Assembly (NCBI GenBank): GCA_951812955.1 | Contig: OX638340.1 | Span: 2,784,001-2,848,000 of the forward strand | From: an uncultured Gemmatimonadota bacterium | Lineage (GTDB): Bacteria; JAAXHH01 | DNA length: 64,000 nt | Direction of reading: 5' to 3' | Part shown: piece by piece, positions 49,330 to 59,478 of the stretch | Position numbering within the stretch: the first letter of the stretch is position 1 | Layout: each line of letters starts with the position of its first letter | Program-made: the position numbers and the translations under genes | Notes under the pieces: generated by a model | Told to the model about the DNA's origin: nothing | What the model saw: only the letters and a program-made list of their open reading frames with translations | The model's database searches: none

Positions 49330-49919
49330 TATAACTCGCTAAACGGAGCATAGTTAAACACATCCGAACCATAGCCAGCGCAACACCTTATGCGGGGCCG
49401 TGTACAATGTCAAGGAAGATTTGGCGGCAGACGCGGGTGTGCAATGGGTATGATAGCGCGATGGATACGGACCGTGTTATGCAATTCGTTTCAGACCATG
49501 ACGAAGGATGAAGTTATTTTCGTGTTATTCGTCGTACGCAACCATTCCACGCAGATGGCAGAATTCGGCCAATGGTCTCGTATTGCTTAGAGTCCCATAG
49601 GGTTTCGGATTCAGCCAGGTGCGCGGTGGCGGAACGCTGGAAATCTGGCACGTTGTTTGCATTTGAAGGTTACTCGGATTCCTCGAACTCAAAATCGGTT
49701 TTTCGTTGCGTGTTCATGCCCTTGCACGCGACGGTTTGTATGTCGTTTCTTATGTAAAGGTATTTACGATTATCTATATTTATACGATTGCCCCACTACC
49801 ATCGCTGGAGGGAGGTGAGTGTCACGGAGTAAGGTTGTAGAATTCAAAGTCGAGAGAGCAATACTACGATACCGTCAGCAGGCCGGGGCAAGCTGACAAT
49901 AATCAGAAGGGCTCTGTTA

Positions 49920-52900
49920 ATGAGGAGTGAATTGATGTCTATAACAATTTCACGAGCTTTGCGCTTCGCATTCGCTTTCGCGTTAGTGCTCAGCATCTCG
50001 ACGGATGCACTGGCGCAGTTGTCGCTGGGTAAAGTTTCCGGTGTCGTGGTCGACAGTGAGACGCGGGAACCGCTGCCGGCAGCCAGTGTCCAAATCGAGG
50101 GCACGGTTTTGGGTGCGATGGCGAATGACATGGGCGAGTACTTTATTCTTAACGTACCGCCCGGCAACTACACCGTGGTGGTGAACGTCATCGGTTATGT
50201 CCCGGTGCGTGCCATAGGTACCGAGGTACACGCCGACTTGACCACGACGATGCACTTCGAGCTGGATTCGACGATTCTCGACTCCGCCGAAGCGGTCGAG
50301 GTCGTGGCGACACGGGATCTGGTCGAGAAGAGTCTCACTTCCACCCGGACCATCGTGGCGGCCGAGGAAATCCAGGCGCTGCCGGTGACCAGCATCGCCG
50401 AAGTGGTTCTGACCACGGCGGGCAGTTTCGGCGGCCGGCTCCGCGGCGGCGAAGCCAATCAATCGCAGACCACGCTGGACGGTTCAACAGTGACCGGGCA
50501 GCGAACTAATGAAAGTCAGGCGTTTGCGATCAACCCCTACATGATCCAGGAACTCGAGGTCAAGACGGGAACGTTCAACGCCGAGTACGTGAACGCGTTG
50601 GCCGGGATCACTTCGGTGGTTACCCGTGAAGGCGGTGCGAGTTACAACGGTAACTTCGAATACCGCACGTTGGGCCAGAAGGGTCTGAATTGGGCCAAGC
50701 CGCCCGAACTCGACATCGTGGACGCGTACCGCGCCGGAACCTGGTCGGAAGCCGACTTGCGCAAGGTCATTCAGGACGCGATCGACAAGACGAACGAGTT
50801 CAACAGTGATCCCGCACGCGCGGAGGACGGACTCAGGATGCAGGATCCCTTCGACGTGCTGGACATGACCGGAGCCCCGGATAGCTGGTCCGCCATCTAC
50901 AAGCGGGACAACTATTATTGGGATTACGACCGCGTCATTCCCGAACCCGAAGCCATCACGTGGTCCTACCTGACCGACGGATTGCCGGAAGCCCAGGCCA
51001 ATAGTTTCGCGGTGGACCGGTCTTTCCATCCTGATAAATACAACCAGTTCGCCCAGAACAACCGGACCGAGAAACGTCCGGTACAGATTGACTTCGGTAT
51101 GGGCGGTCCACTGGGCGACAAGCTGAACTGGTTCGCGTCGGGACGTTTCGCGGAGAGTTGGGGTCGCAATCCCGACGATTACATCCGTGTGATGAACTCC
51201 TTCATCAAGATGACCTACCGGCCTACCGTCAGCACCAAGGTGACCATGTCCGGACTCATCGAAGACACGGGTTTCTTCAGCAAGAAGGGCCAGCGGGGCT
51301 CAGCCAGCGTCGGCGGAACTTTCGACCCCGGTGCCTCGAACTATGGTTGGAAGTACAATAAAGAAGGTCTCAACCAGAATTTCGGCGGCCGAGTGCATGT
51401 GAATGCGTCGTTTACCCAGACGCTCAGTCCCCGTACCTTCTACGAGATCCGGTTTAGCCACCTGCGCGAGTACAACGAGCGCTATAATCCCAAGTACGGC
51501 AAGGAACCGCTGCCGTCCCTCACCGACGCGTTCATCCACTCCGTTGGATATTCGCCGCTCGAGCAGGGTAGCGGCACGCAGGTACCTTATATCCTGTACG
51601 GCGATGAGGCTTACTCCTCGATCGATTTCGGTAACTACACGAGTCGACGCCCGTTCAAGACCGACGTCAGCTTCGCCATTACAAGCCAGGTCACCTCGAA
51701 TCACCAGTTCAAGGGCGGCTTCGGTGTTGTGATGAATGATTATGAAGAGAACACGCGCGGTCCAGCCCGTGGAAACGCCGTGACGCTCTTCAACGATCTG
51801 AATCGGGATCCAACTGCCAGCGTACTGCCCCTCGCAGGACGCCAGGCTCACGTGTATCCGTTCGAATTATTCGCGTACATGCAGGATCGGATCGAGTACG
51901 GAAGCCTTGTGGTAAACGCGGGAGTGCGGCTGGACATGTTCGACGCCAACGCCAACGCGATCAATCCTTATCGTCCGCGTCCGGGCCCCGATCCCGAACA
52001 CGACGATCCGGAATACCGCACGCTTGCTCCGTCGATGAAGACGGGTCTCGCGCCGCGCCTGGGTATCTCCCATCCGATCACGGATCGCGCCGCGCTGCAT
52101 TATTCGTACGGTATCTTCAACCAGCGTCCCTCGCTGGAGAACCTGTTCACCGGTCTGGTTCAAACCTCCTCGTTTGAGCGCAACCACGGAAACCCGGATC
52201 TGCCGTTCCAGAAGTCCACGAACTACGAAATGGGTCTGCAGGCCGAGGTCTATCCCGGATACTATCTGGACGTTACCGGTTATTTCCGGGATGTTAACAA
52301 CCTGCCGCTGGTATGGCTCTTCGCGCCGGACGTAGCCTTCATCGGCGGTTCGCAGCGCGAAATCTCCATCCTGCTTCCGACTTTCGCACAGGATACGCGG
52401 GGACTCGAGGTGTCGTTACGGCGCCAGATGGCCAATCGGTTCTCATTGCGGGCCAATTACACCCTGGCCTTCACATCCAATCTGACCACGCCCCAAACGG
52501 TCCGTGAACGCGGCGGCGAGACGGTGCTCGTGTTCTCCGACTTCGTGGACGGAACACCGACGCCCGATACCTACATCCGCGAATTCACCCAGTTCGACCG
52601 ACGACATCGGATCGTAACGAACCTCCTGGTCGAGCTGCCCTACGGCATCAGCGCTTCTGTACTGACCAAGGCGCAGAGCGGCAACCAGTACCGCACGTCC
52701 AGCGAGCAGGCAATCGATCCGCTCGGTTTGCTTGCCGCATCGCAACGCTCGCCCTGGACGTGGACGAGCGACCTGTACGCCCAGAAGAATTTCGATCTGG
52801 GTAACGTACGCCTCGGCGTGTTCGCCCAGGTCAATAACATCTTTGACCGAGTGAACATCTACAGCATCACCGGTGGCTCTAACAACGCGAGCGGCGACCG

Positions 52901-53012
52901 CTGGCAACGCCGGGGAGATCCCGTCGGTCTCACAGGCGGTCCTGTGGGCGGAATCGGCACGCAGGCCAACGGTCCTCGTGACATCTGGTTGGGTCTCAAC
53001 TTAGCATGGTAA
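49920..53012 (+). CDS. TonB-dependent receptor with N-terminal carboxypeptidase-regulatory-like domain (SusC/RagA-like)
   Basis: 1030 aa. Signal peptide (FAFAFALVLSISTDALAQ). GKVSGVVVDSETREPLPAASVQIEG...YFILNVPPGNYTVVVNVIGY is a CarbopepD_reg-like domain. Followed by a plug region (..TRDLVEKSLTSTRTIVAAEEIQALPVTSIAEVV) and a long beta-barrel. Confidence 0.75.
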   Translation: MRSELMSITISRALRFAFAFALVLSISTDALAQLSLGKVSGVVVDSETREPLPAASVQIEGTVLGAMANDMGEYFILNVPPGNYTVVVNVIGYVPVRAIGTEVHADLTTTMHFELDSTILDSAEAVEVVATRDLVEKSLTSTRTIVAAEEIQALPVTSIAEVVLTTAGSFGGRLRGGEANQSQTTLDGSTVTGQRTNESQAFAINPYMIQELEVKTGTFNAEYVNALAGITSVVTREGGASYNGNFEYRTLGQKGLNWAKPPELDIVDAYRAGTWSEADLRKVIQDAIDKTNEFNSDPARAEDGLRMQDPFDVLDMTGAPDSWSAIYKRDNYYWDYDRVIPEPEAITWSYLTDGLPEAQANSFAVDRSFHPDKYNQFAQNNRTEKRPVQIDFGMGGPLGDKLNWFASGRFAESWGRNPDDYIRVMNSFIKMTYRPTVSTKVTMSGLIEDTGFFSKKGQRGSASVGGTFDPGASNYGWKYNKEGLNQNFGGRVHVNASFTQTLSPRTFYEIRFSHLREYNERYNPKYGKEPLPSLTDAFIHSVGYSPLEQGSGTQVPYILYGDEAYSSIDFGNYTSRRPFKTDVSFAITSQVTSNHQFKGGFGVVMNDYEENTRGPARGNAVTLFNDLNRDPTASVLPLAGRQAHVYPFELFAYMQDRIEYGSLVVNAGVRLDMFDANANAINPYRPRPGPDPEHDDPEYRTLAPSMKTGLAPRLGISHPITDRAALHYSYGIFNQRPSLENLFTGLVQTSSFERNHGNPDLPFQKSTNYEMGLQAEVYPGYYLDVTGYFRDVNNLPLVWLFAPDVAFIGGSQREISILLPTFAQDTRGLEVSLRRQMANRFSLRANYTLAFTSNLTTPQTVRERGGETVLVFSDFVDGTPTPDTYIREFTQFDRRHRIVTNLLVELPYGISASVLTKAQSGNQYRTSSEQAIDPLGLLAASQRSPWTWTSDLYAQKNFDLGNVRLGVFAQVNNIFDRVNIYSITGGSNNASGDRWQRRGDPVGLTGGPVGGIGTQANGPRDIWLGLNLAW

Positions 53013-53100
53013 ATCCAACGCGGGAAGACGCGCAGTTAAAAGGTGTCTTCCCGCCAGGTTGGCGACGTTCGCAGAACGTTGCCGGCATAAGGAGGTTCAT

Positions 53101-56100
53101 TTTGAAGAAATGGCGTCGATATGTAACAGCCGGAGCTGTCGTGTTTACGACGGCGATCGCCTTGGGGGTCGCACAATACCTCACGGCGTTGCCGGACGCA
53201 CCGGCAAGATCCTCGGCGACTCAGGGGTCTCCGATCCCGAACGAACTCGCCCTGGATTCAAGGCAAGATGCCTATATCGGCGGTCAGACCTACATGGCCG
53301 TCATGAATTCGGAACTTACCGACACCTACACTGGCGTGGGCTGGCGGGGTTCGGGCCGTTCCATGAGTCCCACGATGGGCTTTCCTTCGTACACCTTTCC
53401 CGCAGGTGGGTTGGACGCGCCGCTATGGGCGTCGGCTATGGGTATCACGGCTTATCAGCCCAACGCTGTGGCCGGTATGCCCATCAGTCGCGCCGAAGGT
53501 GATTTCATCGGCACCACCAACGTCTATCGCGCGCCGCCTCATCAGCGTGAACAGGCCCCGCAAGGCTTCTGGTCAGATCAGGGCGGATCGAGCAGCCCGG
53601 GTTTTGCCGGTGGAACCGTGGGACCGGGTGGTTACCGTGAGCCCTTCATAACGGAAACGACCTTCAATACGAACGCGGGTATTCGGGTCCAGCGTCAGTC
53701 GTACAGCTTCAGCTACGGCTACGGCCATACGAATGACTTCATCCTGTTGCGTCACGTGCTGAATGTTCACGGTGAGGTAGACGTAAATCAGGATGGTATG
53801 TTAGAAGAGGGTCAGAATGGCGGAGTTACGATCAGGAACTTCCTGATCATTTTCAACTATGACTTCGACATTCCCTGGACCAACAACCCCCTCCTGACCG
53901 GTGGGGCGATCGGCGGCGGTACAGGCGGTGACGACAAGCAGCCACCTGCCATGTTCAGCCGAGTGATGCCTCGCGCCGTACCGGAGGGGCTGATCAATTC
54001 GGGCCGATACAACCAGGCTCCGTACAGCGACCGGTTCTATTCCGGCCTGGTCACCATGTTCGACGAGGACGATCCGGGTCATCCGGGCATCGACTCCTAC
54101 GTATGGAACACGACCAACGGTAACTTCAATCCGTTGCACGTGGGCGAAGCTTCGTTGATTGTGCTTGAAGGCTCCGGCGATGAAGATCCGCTCGGGGACT
54201 TGAACAACGCCGCTGCGCTTGATATCTACGATGCGCCTTCAGTCGGCCTGTTCAATACCCATGAATGGTGGATCGCTGACCTGAGAACTGTTTTCGGATG
54301 GTACGAGGGTTCGCTTACCAAGTACCTGGAGAACAAGACGGTCAACGTGCCTGGCGGCAGCAGCGCACCGCATCCGGATCTTTTCACCAGTGGCAGTCCG
54401 CTTGAAAGAAATACCGATATCAGTACCTGGACCGCCAAGACGCAGGCTGGTGGATCGGCCGAGGGCATGGGCCTGAAGTGGGGCGACCCGCGCAATCTGA
54501 CCCAACCCGGCAATCCTGGTACGGCCGCCATAGGTCTGCAGCCAGGTCAGTACGATAGCATCACGCTCTTCGATCTCGATGGCGTGTTTGCCGGCATCGT
54601 GCCTGATCCGTACAACGGCAGCGACACGAAGGACGAGACCTCCGGCGCCGGTTGCATCCGGAACGCTCTTGGCTGGGGACCCTACACCAAGGCACCCGGC
54701 GAAGATCTTAGCATCTGGCATGTTGACCTGATAGGGGCCGGTAAAGACGGCGCCTACGACGTTTACCTCCGCGCGCAGGACGTCTGGATGCAGCGGAAGT
54801 ACAACATGGCCAACAACACGTACTACTGGGACGGTTCCAACGACCGCATCATCCCCGTGTATAACGCGGATGGTTCCATCGCTCGGGACGGTGCCGACGA
54901 AGCCATGACCGTTACGCACAACTTCGGTCGCGGTGCTGCCAGCGGCGCGCTGTTCCATCCGGCGCCTCCTCCTACCCTGTCGGTCTTCCCGACCGCCAAC
55001 GGTACGATCGCGCTGGCGTGGGCCAACAATGCGGAAACGGCTATCGATCCGGGCCGGGGCGTTGTGGATTTCGCGAAGTACCGCGTGTACCGCGCTTCCG
55101 GTTTCATCGATCAGTTCCCGACCGCTACGGTCGCCCATGAAGTCGGTTACAATAGTACGGTGATCCCGCCGAATCTCGGTCTGAGCGAAGGTGCGTCCGC
55201 GATTACGGACGTGACCGATCCGACGACCGCAGCGGTAAAGCAGGGCCATCCGTACGCCCGGTTCATCCATGAAGGCCTTACGCTCGGTGCCGACTACAAC
55301 ATCGGTCGGGTATACGACTTCGTGGCTGACGACCTGGTTAAGCGCTTCGCGGCGCCTAACTTCTCGGGACCGTACGTCCAGATCGCTGAATTCGGCGGTG
55401 GCGGCGGCAATCAGACCAACAGCCTGAATCCGCCAGAATCCGTATCGTATCCGAATCCGTATCCGGCGGGAAGCAGGATTCCGGGCTTCGAGGATGATTT
55501 TATCGAAACCACGCCGAGTTCGACACAGATCGTTCAAGCGAACAACGACTTGGGCGCCACGACGGCTATCGCGACCAGTTTCTCTGATCGCTATCCTGAT
55601 GCAGTCGGATCAGGCGATGCGCAGATTACCAGTGTCGGCGGTATTCTCGCGGATCCCCGCCTGGTCGGCAAAAGCGGTTATATGTTCGAAGATCGTTCGG
55701 TGCTGATTGGGTTCAGCTACTGGTACTACGTGGCCGCGGTAGATAACGAAAGCGCGCAACAGCACGATTTCGACAACTACGTAGCCGATCAGGGCTCGTC
55801 CCAGCGGGTAATCACCCGTACCATCAACGGGCTCGAGAGTTTCTACACGATGAACGCAAACGGGACGGATGGACGGTGGCACGGTCAGTATCCCTACCGG
55901 GGTCTGTCAGTGGGGCCGCAGGTACCGGGACAGGACGTCGTTCCGACGACCGTGGCTCGTAACGAGGTGGCAGGCGGTGTGGCGGAATTCGAAAATCTGA
56001 TGACCGTCGCCCCCAACCCCTTCGTTTTCCAGGCCCAGTGGGATCTGGCAACGAAGTCGCAAACCGTCAAGTTCTTCAACGCTCCGGTACCATCCCGCAT

Positions 56101-56305
56101 CACGATCTTCGACTCGGCCGGCCTTCAGGTTAAGCAGTTCTCAGTGCCTGGCGACCAGACCACGACGATCGGCGGTGTGACGGACTGGGATCTGAAGAAC
56201 GATTCCAACGTACCTGTTTCCAGCGGTCTGTACATCTGCGTGGTCGAAGCCGAAATTGGCGGCGTGAGCTACGCGAAAACGTTGAAACTCTACGTCCGGC
56301 GGTAA
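53101..56305 (+). CDS. Large secreted protein of unknown function with a T9SS-type (Por secretion) C-terminal sorting domain
   Basis: ORF 53006..56305. The likely TTG start at 53101 comes after an AGGAGG RBS (LKKWRRYVTAGAVVFTTAIALG signal/anchor). No catalytic motif recognised. The last ~80 aa (VAPNPFVFQ...ITIFDSAGLQVKQF...WDLKNDSNVPVSSGLYICVVEAEIGGVSYAKTLKLYVRR) match the conserved pattern of T9SS type-A C-terminal domains. Confidence 0.6.
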
Positions 56306-56369
56306 ACTTCGGTAAAGTCCCGCGCCATGCGTCATAGCGCGGGACGGTCCGATTCAGGGAGGTTATCTA

Positions 56370-57353
56370 ATGAAAGTATTTGTACGCTGGGGCGTGGTTA
56401 CCGGATTGCTGATGGCACTGTCAGCGCCGGTACATGCTCAGGTTTCCAAGGGTGGAACCGCCGCGACGAAATTTCTGACGCTTGATTCCAGCGCTCGTGT
56501 CGCGGGTGTTGCATCCTCTGCCACATCCTACACGGATCTTGGCGCTTTCTCTGCTCTGACGAATCAAGCCACCATGGTGTTCGTCGAGGGTAGAGGAGCA
56601 GTCGGCGTTTCCTATACACCGTATTTCGCGGAAATGACGCTGTTCAGTGCCGGTCTGGTGTGGAATCTCGGCGATAACGGCGCCGTGGGTCTGAGTGTGC
56701 ATTCGCTGCTTTCGGGCGACATACCCTATACCACATCCGGTGATCCGACGGGTCAATTTGCCACAGCTGGCCAGAACTTTTCCGTGTCTGACCTGGCCAT
56801 CGGTCCGAGTTATGCGCGTCGACTGACGGATTCATTCGCCGTCGGCGGATCGTTGAAGTATATCTCGGAAGGCACGAGCGGCGCTGGAGATGACGACCGT
56901 ACCAGCACAGCGGTCGCGGTGGACGTGGGTACGATTTACACCACGGATTTCCGTAATTTCCGTATAGGCGCCTCGTTCCAGAATTTTGGTCCGGACATGC
57001 AATTCATCGATGAATCGAGTGCTCGCGACCAGTTGCCTACGACGTTCCGTATCGGTTTTGCCGCTGAGCCGGCCGAACTGCCGACGGGAAGCGTGATGCT
57101 CAGCGCAGAGCTGTGGAAACTCCGCGAGTACGATTCAGTACTCAATCTGGGTATCGAGTGGTGGGTTAACGATTATATCGCGGGACGGGTTGGCTGGAAA
57201 GCCGGATACAGCGGCGGCCAGGATGAAGGCGTATCCGCCGGCGCAGGTCTCCGGTTCAGCCAGGGTGAATTGAGTCTCAACGTTGATTACGCGTATACGC
57301 AGTTTGAACTTCTGGACGATCTGCATCGCGTGTCCGTAGGTGTGGGCTTCTAA
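56370..57353 (+). CDS. PorV/PorQ-family (UPF0164-like) outer-membrane beta-barrel protein
   Basis: 327 aa. Signal peptide (LMALSAPVHAQ). N-terminal TAATKFLTLDSSARVAGVASSATSYTDLGAFSALTNQA parallels the PorV-family FLxIxxxARxxGMGGAxxA...NPAGL signature with substitutions. Alternating beta-strand pattern, C-terminal aromatic residue. Confidence 0.5.
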   Translation: MKVFVRWGVVTGLLMALSAPVHAQVSKGGTAATKFLTLDSSARVAGVASSATSYTDLGAFSALTNQATMVFVEGRGAVGVSYTPYFAEMTLFSAGLVWNLGDNGAVGLSVHSLLSGDIPYTTSGDPTGQFATAGQNFSVSDLAIGPSYARRLTDSFAVGGSLKYISEGTSGAGDDDRTSTAVAVDVGTIYTTDFRNFRIGASFQNFGPDMQFIDESSARDQLPTTFRIGFAAEPAELPTGSVMLSAELWKLREYDSVLNLGIEWWVNDYIAGRVGWKAGYSGGQDEGVSAGAGLRFSQGELSLNVDYAYTQFELLDDLHRVSVGVGF

Positions 57354-57409
57354 ACAAAAGGCCAGAGCGTACGGATGGATGTAAGAATATCGTTAGTTTG
57401 AAGTACCAG

Positions 57410-57443
57410 GAGAATCCCTCAGTCCGTTTGATGAGGGATTCTC
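57410..57443 (+). terminator. Candidate hairpin (12-bp perfect stem GAGAATCCCTCA / TGAGGGATTCTC, 10-nt loop) between the PorV-like and cytochrome genes
   Basis: Perfect inverted repeat followed by a weak U tract (TTATGT). Could be a terminator or attenuator. Confidence 0.35.
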
Positions 57444-57450
57444 TTATGTA

Positions 57451-59379
57451 GTGAAAGAATTGAGGACGCTGATGGGATTGAACGTGAGACGAAATATCAC
57501 ATACTGTTATGCATTAAAGTTTGTTGTAATCGTTTGTATGGCGGCTGCCTGTGTGTTGACCGGCCTGGACGCCATGGCCATACAGTTAAGCGGCACAGTG
57601 ACCGATGGGAAGGATCCCGTGCCGGGTGTCCGAGTTCGAGAACACGGTAAACCGAATTTCGTTGTGACCGATTCAGAAGGCAGATTCACCCTCAACATCA
57701 CCGAAGAACCCGTGCAGCAGTACGCCATAACGGCCGGTAAGGAAGGCTGGTTGAACGGCGGGGTCATGGTGGATCGAAAAACATCATATACGACGATTAT
57801 TATACAAAAAGTACCTGAAGAAATAGACACCTCGTACGATTTCATTACCCCCCACAAATCCCTGGTCGATCTGCGCGAGGAGCCGGAAGAGCTGGAGAGA
57901 CTCCGCGCGCAATCGCACACGGGCTTCGAGGAGGGGTGCAACCTCTGTCATTTCGAGCCGACCTGCTACCTCTGCCATAGAGATCTCTACGATCAATGGA
58001 GCACTTCGCAACACGCGAAGGGTGTCGACAACCCGTGGACGTTGAATCTTTACGATGGTACTGATGCGGACGGGAACGAAAACGTGGGACCGGGATTCAG
58101 GCTGGATTTTCCTGACGAAGCCGGAGAATGCGCCGATTGCCACGCGCCGTCAGCAGCTGTCGACGCGCCAGGGAAGACCGACTTGAAGGTAGTATACAAT
58201 CGTTCGCTGGCTTATCCGACCGTCCAGGACTACAAGACGCTCGAACGCATGGAATACGAAAGACTTGCCGGCTCGGTCGATGCCGCGGGAATTCACTGCG
58301 ATTTCTGCCACAAGATTCAAAATGTGGAAGTCAATGATCACGCGGGGGTAAATGGATCCATCACGCTGAACCTGGTGGCCATGGAAGAGGAAAAGCAGGC
58401 CCGGCTCATCAAGGGGAAGTTCCCGCCGATATTCGTGTACGGACCCTATGACGATGTTATAAATTTCACCCCATTACCGGGTTCATCCAACACCTCACCC
58501 ATGGTGGCGAGCTACAATCCGATCTACACGAGCAGCGACTACTGCTCCGCCTGCCACCAGCACAAAAACAAGCACGGCCTTCCGTTCATGGATACGTACC
58601 AGGAGTGGAAGGATAGTCCCTATTCCGCCATGGGCATAGAATGCCAGGACTGCCATATGAAGCCGGAGTCCGACGGTTTCACCTTTGGTTCTTTCGTGAA
58701 CGGCGACGCGGAGAAGTTCTGGACACCCATCGGATACCGGGACCCGACAACCGTTAAAACGCATGGGTTTCCGGGGGCCACAGAGACGCTCCTGCCGAAC
58801 GCCGCGACCCTGGCCATCAATTCCGTTGTTTCCAATGGACTGTTGACGGTGACCGTTGACGTGCGTAACGTCAATACGGGGCACCATATACCTTCGGGTA
58901 TCACCATCAGGAATATGCTGTTGCTCGTTACGCCCGTTCTGGCGAATGGAGATACCTTGCGTTACGTGGGGGACCAGCGTGTTCCGGTTTACGGCGGCGA
59001 AGGCGACCCGGCCGAAGGAAATTACGCGGGCTACCCGGGTAAGGGATTCGCCCTGGTTTTCGGTGATGACGCCGGCAACACCCATGTCATGGACTGGCAG
59101 GCGACCCGCATTGTCGAGGACACGCGAATCAAGGCGCGAGAGGCAGATCGTTCCGTATATACATTTGAAGTACCATCGGACATCGAGCGCGTGGATGTTC
59201 ATACGGATCTGATTTATAGAAGAGCATTCAAACCGTTGGCCGATCTCAAGAAGTGGACGCAGAAGGATATGAACGTGGCGTCGGACATCACCACGGTAAG
59301 GCCAGTTGGACAACTCGAAGTTTCCACTCCTTCGAAAGGACTGAGCCTCCGCGATCGTATCAGATCCTACTTCGATTGA
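57451..59379 (+). CDS. Hexaheme c-type cytochrome with N-terminal carboxypeptidase-regulatory-like (transthyretin-like) domain
   Basis: 642 aa. Six CxxCH motifs (CNLCH, CYLCH, CADCH, CDFCH, CSACH, CQDCH). N-terminal signal/anchor, then GTVTDGKDPVPGVRVREHGKPNFVVTDSEGRFTLNI (CarbopepD_reg-like). Confidence 0.7.
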   Translation: MKELRTLMGLNVRRNITYCYALKFVVIVCMAAACVLTGLDAMAIQLSGTVTDGKDPVPGVRVREHGKPNFVVTDSEGRFTLNITEEPVQQYAITAGKEGWLNGGVMVDRKTSYTTIIIQKVPEEIDTSYDFITPHKSLVDLREEPEELERLRAQSHTGFEEGCNLCHFEPTCYLCHRDLYDQWSTSQHAKGVDNPWTLNLYDGTDADGNENVGPGFRLDFPDEAGECADCHAPSAAVDAPGKTDLKVVYNRSLAYPTVQDYKTLERMEYERLAGSVDAAGIHCDFCHKIQNVEVNDHAGVNGSITLNLVAMEEEKQARLIKGKFPPIFVYGPYDDVINFTPLPGSSNTSPMVASYNPIYTSSDYCSACHQHKNKHGLPFMDTYQEWKDSPYSAMGIECQDCHMKPESDGFTFGSFVNGDAEKFWTPIGYRDPTTVKTHGFPGATETLLPNAATLAINSVVSNGLLTVTVDVRNVNTGHHIPSGITIRNMLLLVTPVLANGDTLRYVGDQRVPVYGGEGDPAEGNYAGYPGKGFALVFGDDAGNTHVMDWQATRIVEDTRIKAREADRSVYTFEVPSDIERVDVHTDLIYRRAFKPLADLKKWTQKDMNVASDITTVRPVGQLEVSTPSKGLSLRDRIRSYFD

Positions 59380-59478
59380 CGGGTTTGGCATGTGCAAGTT
59401 GTCGATACGTACATCGGCACCTGGACAACCTGTTCAGATGCCGGGATTCCCGCCCTGATTCGGTAACCTCACGAGCAT

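Noticed and set aside
58495-59397. 300-aa minus-strand ORF overlapping the cytochrome gene
   Set aside because: No motifs. The plus frame encodes six CxxCH heme sites.
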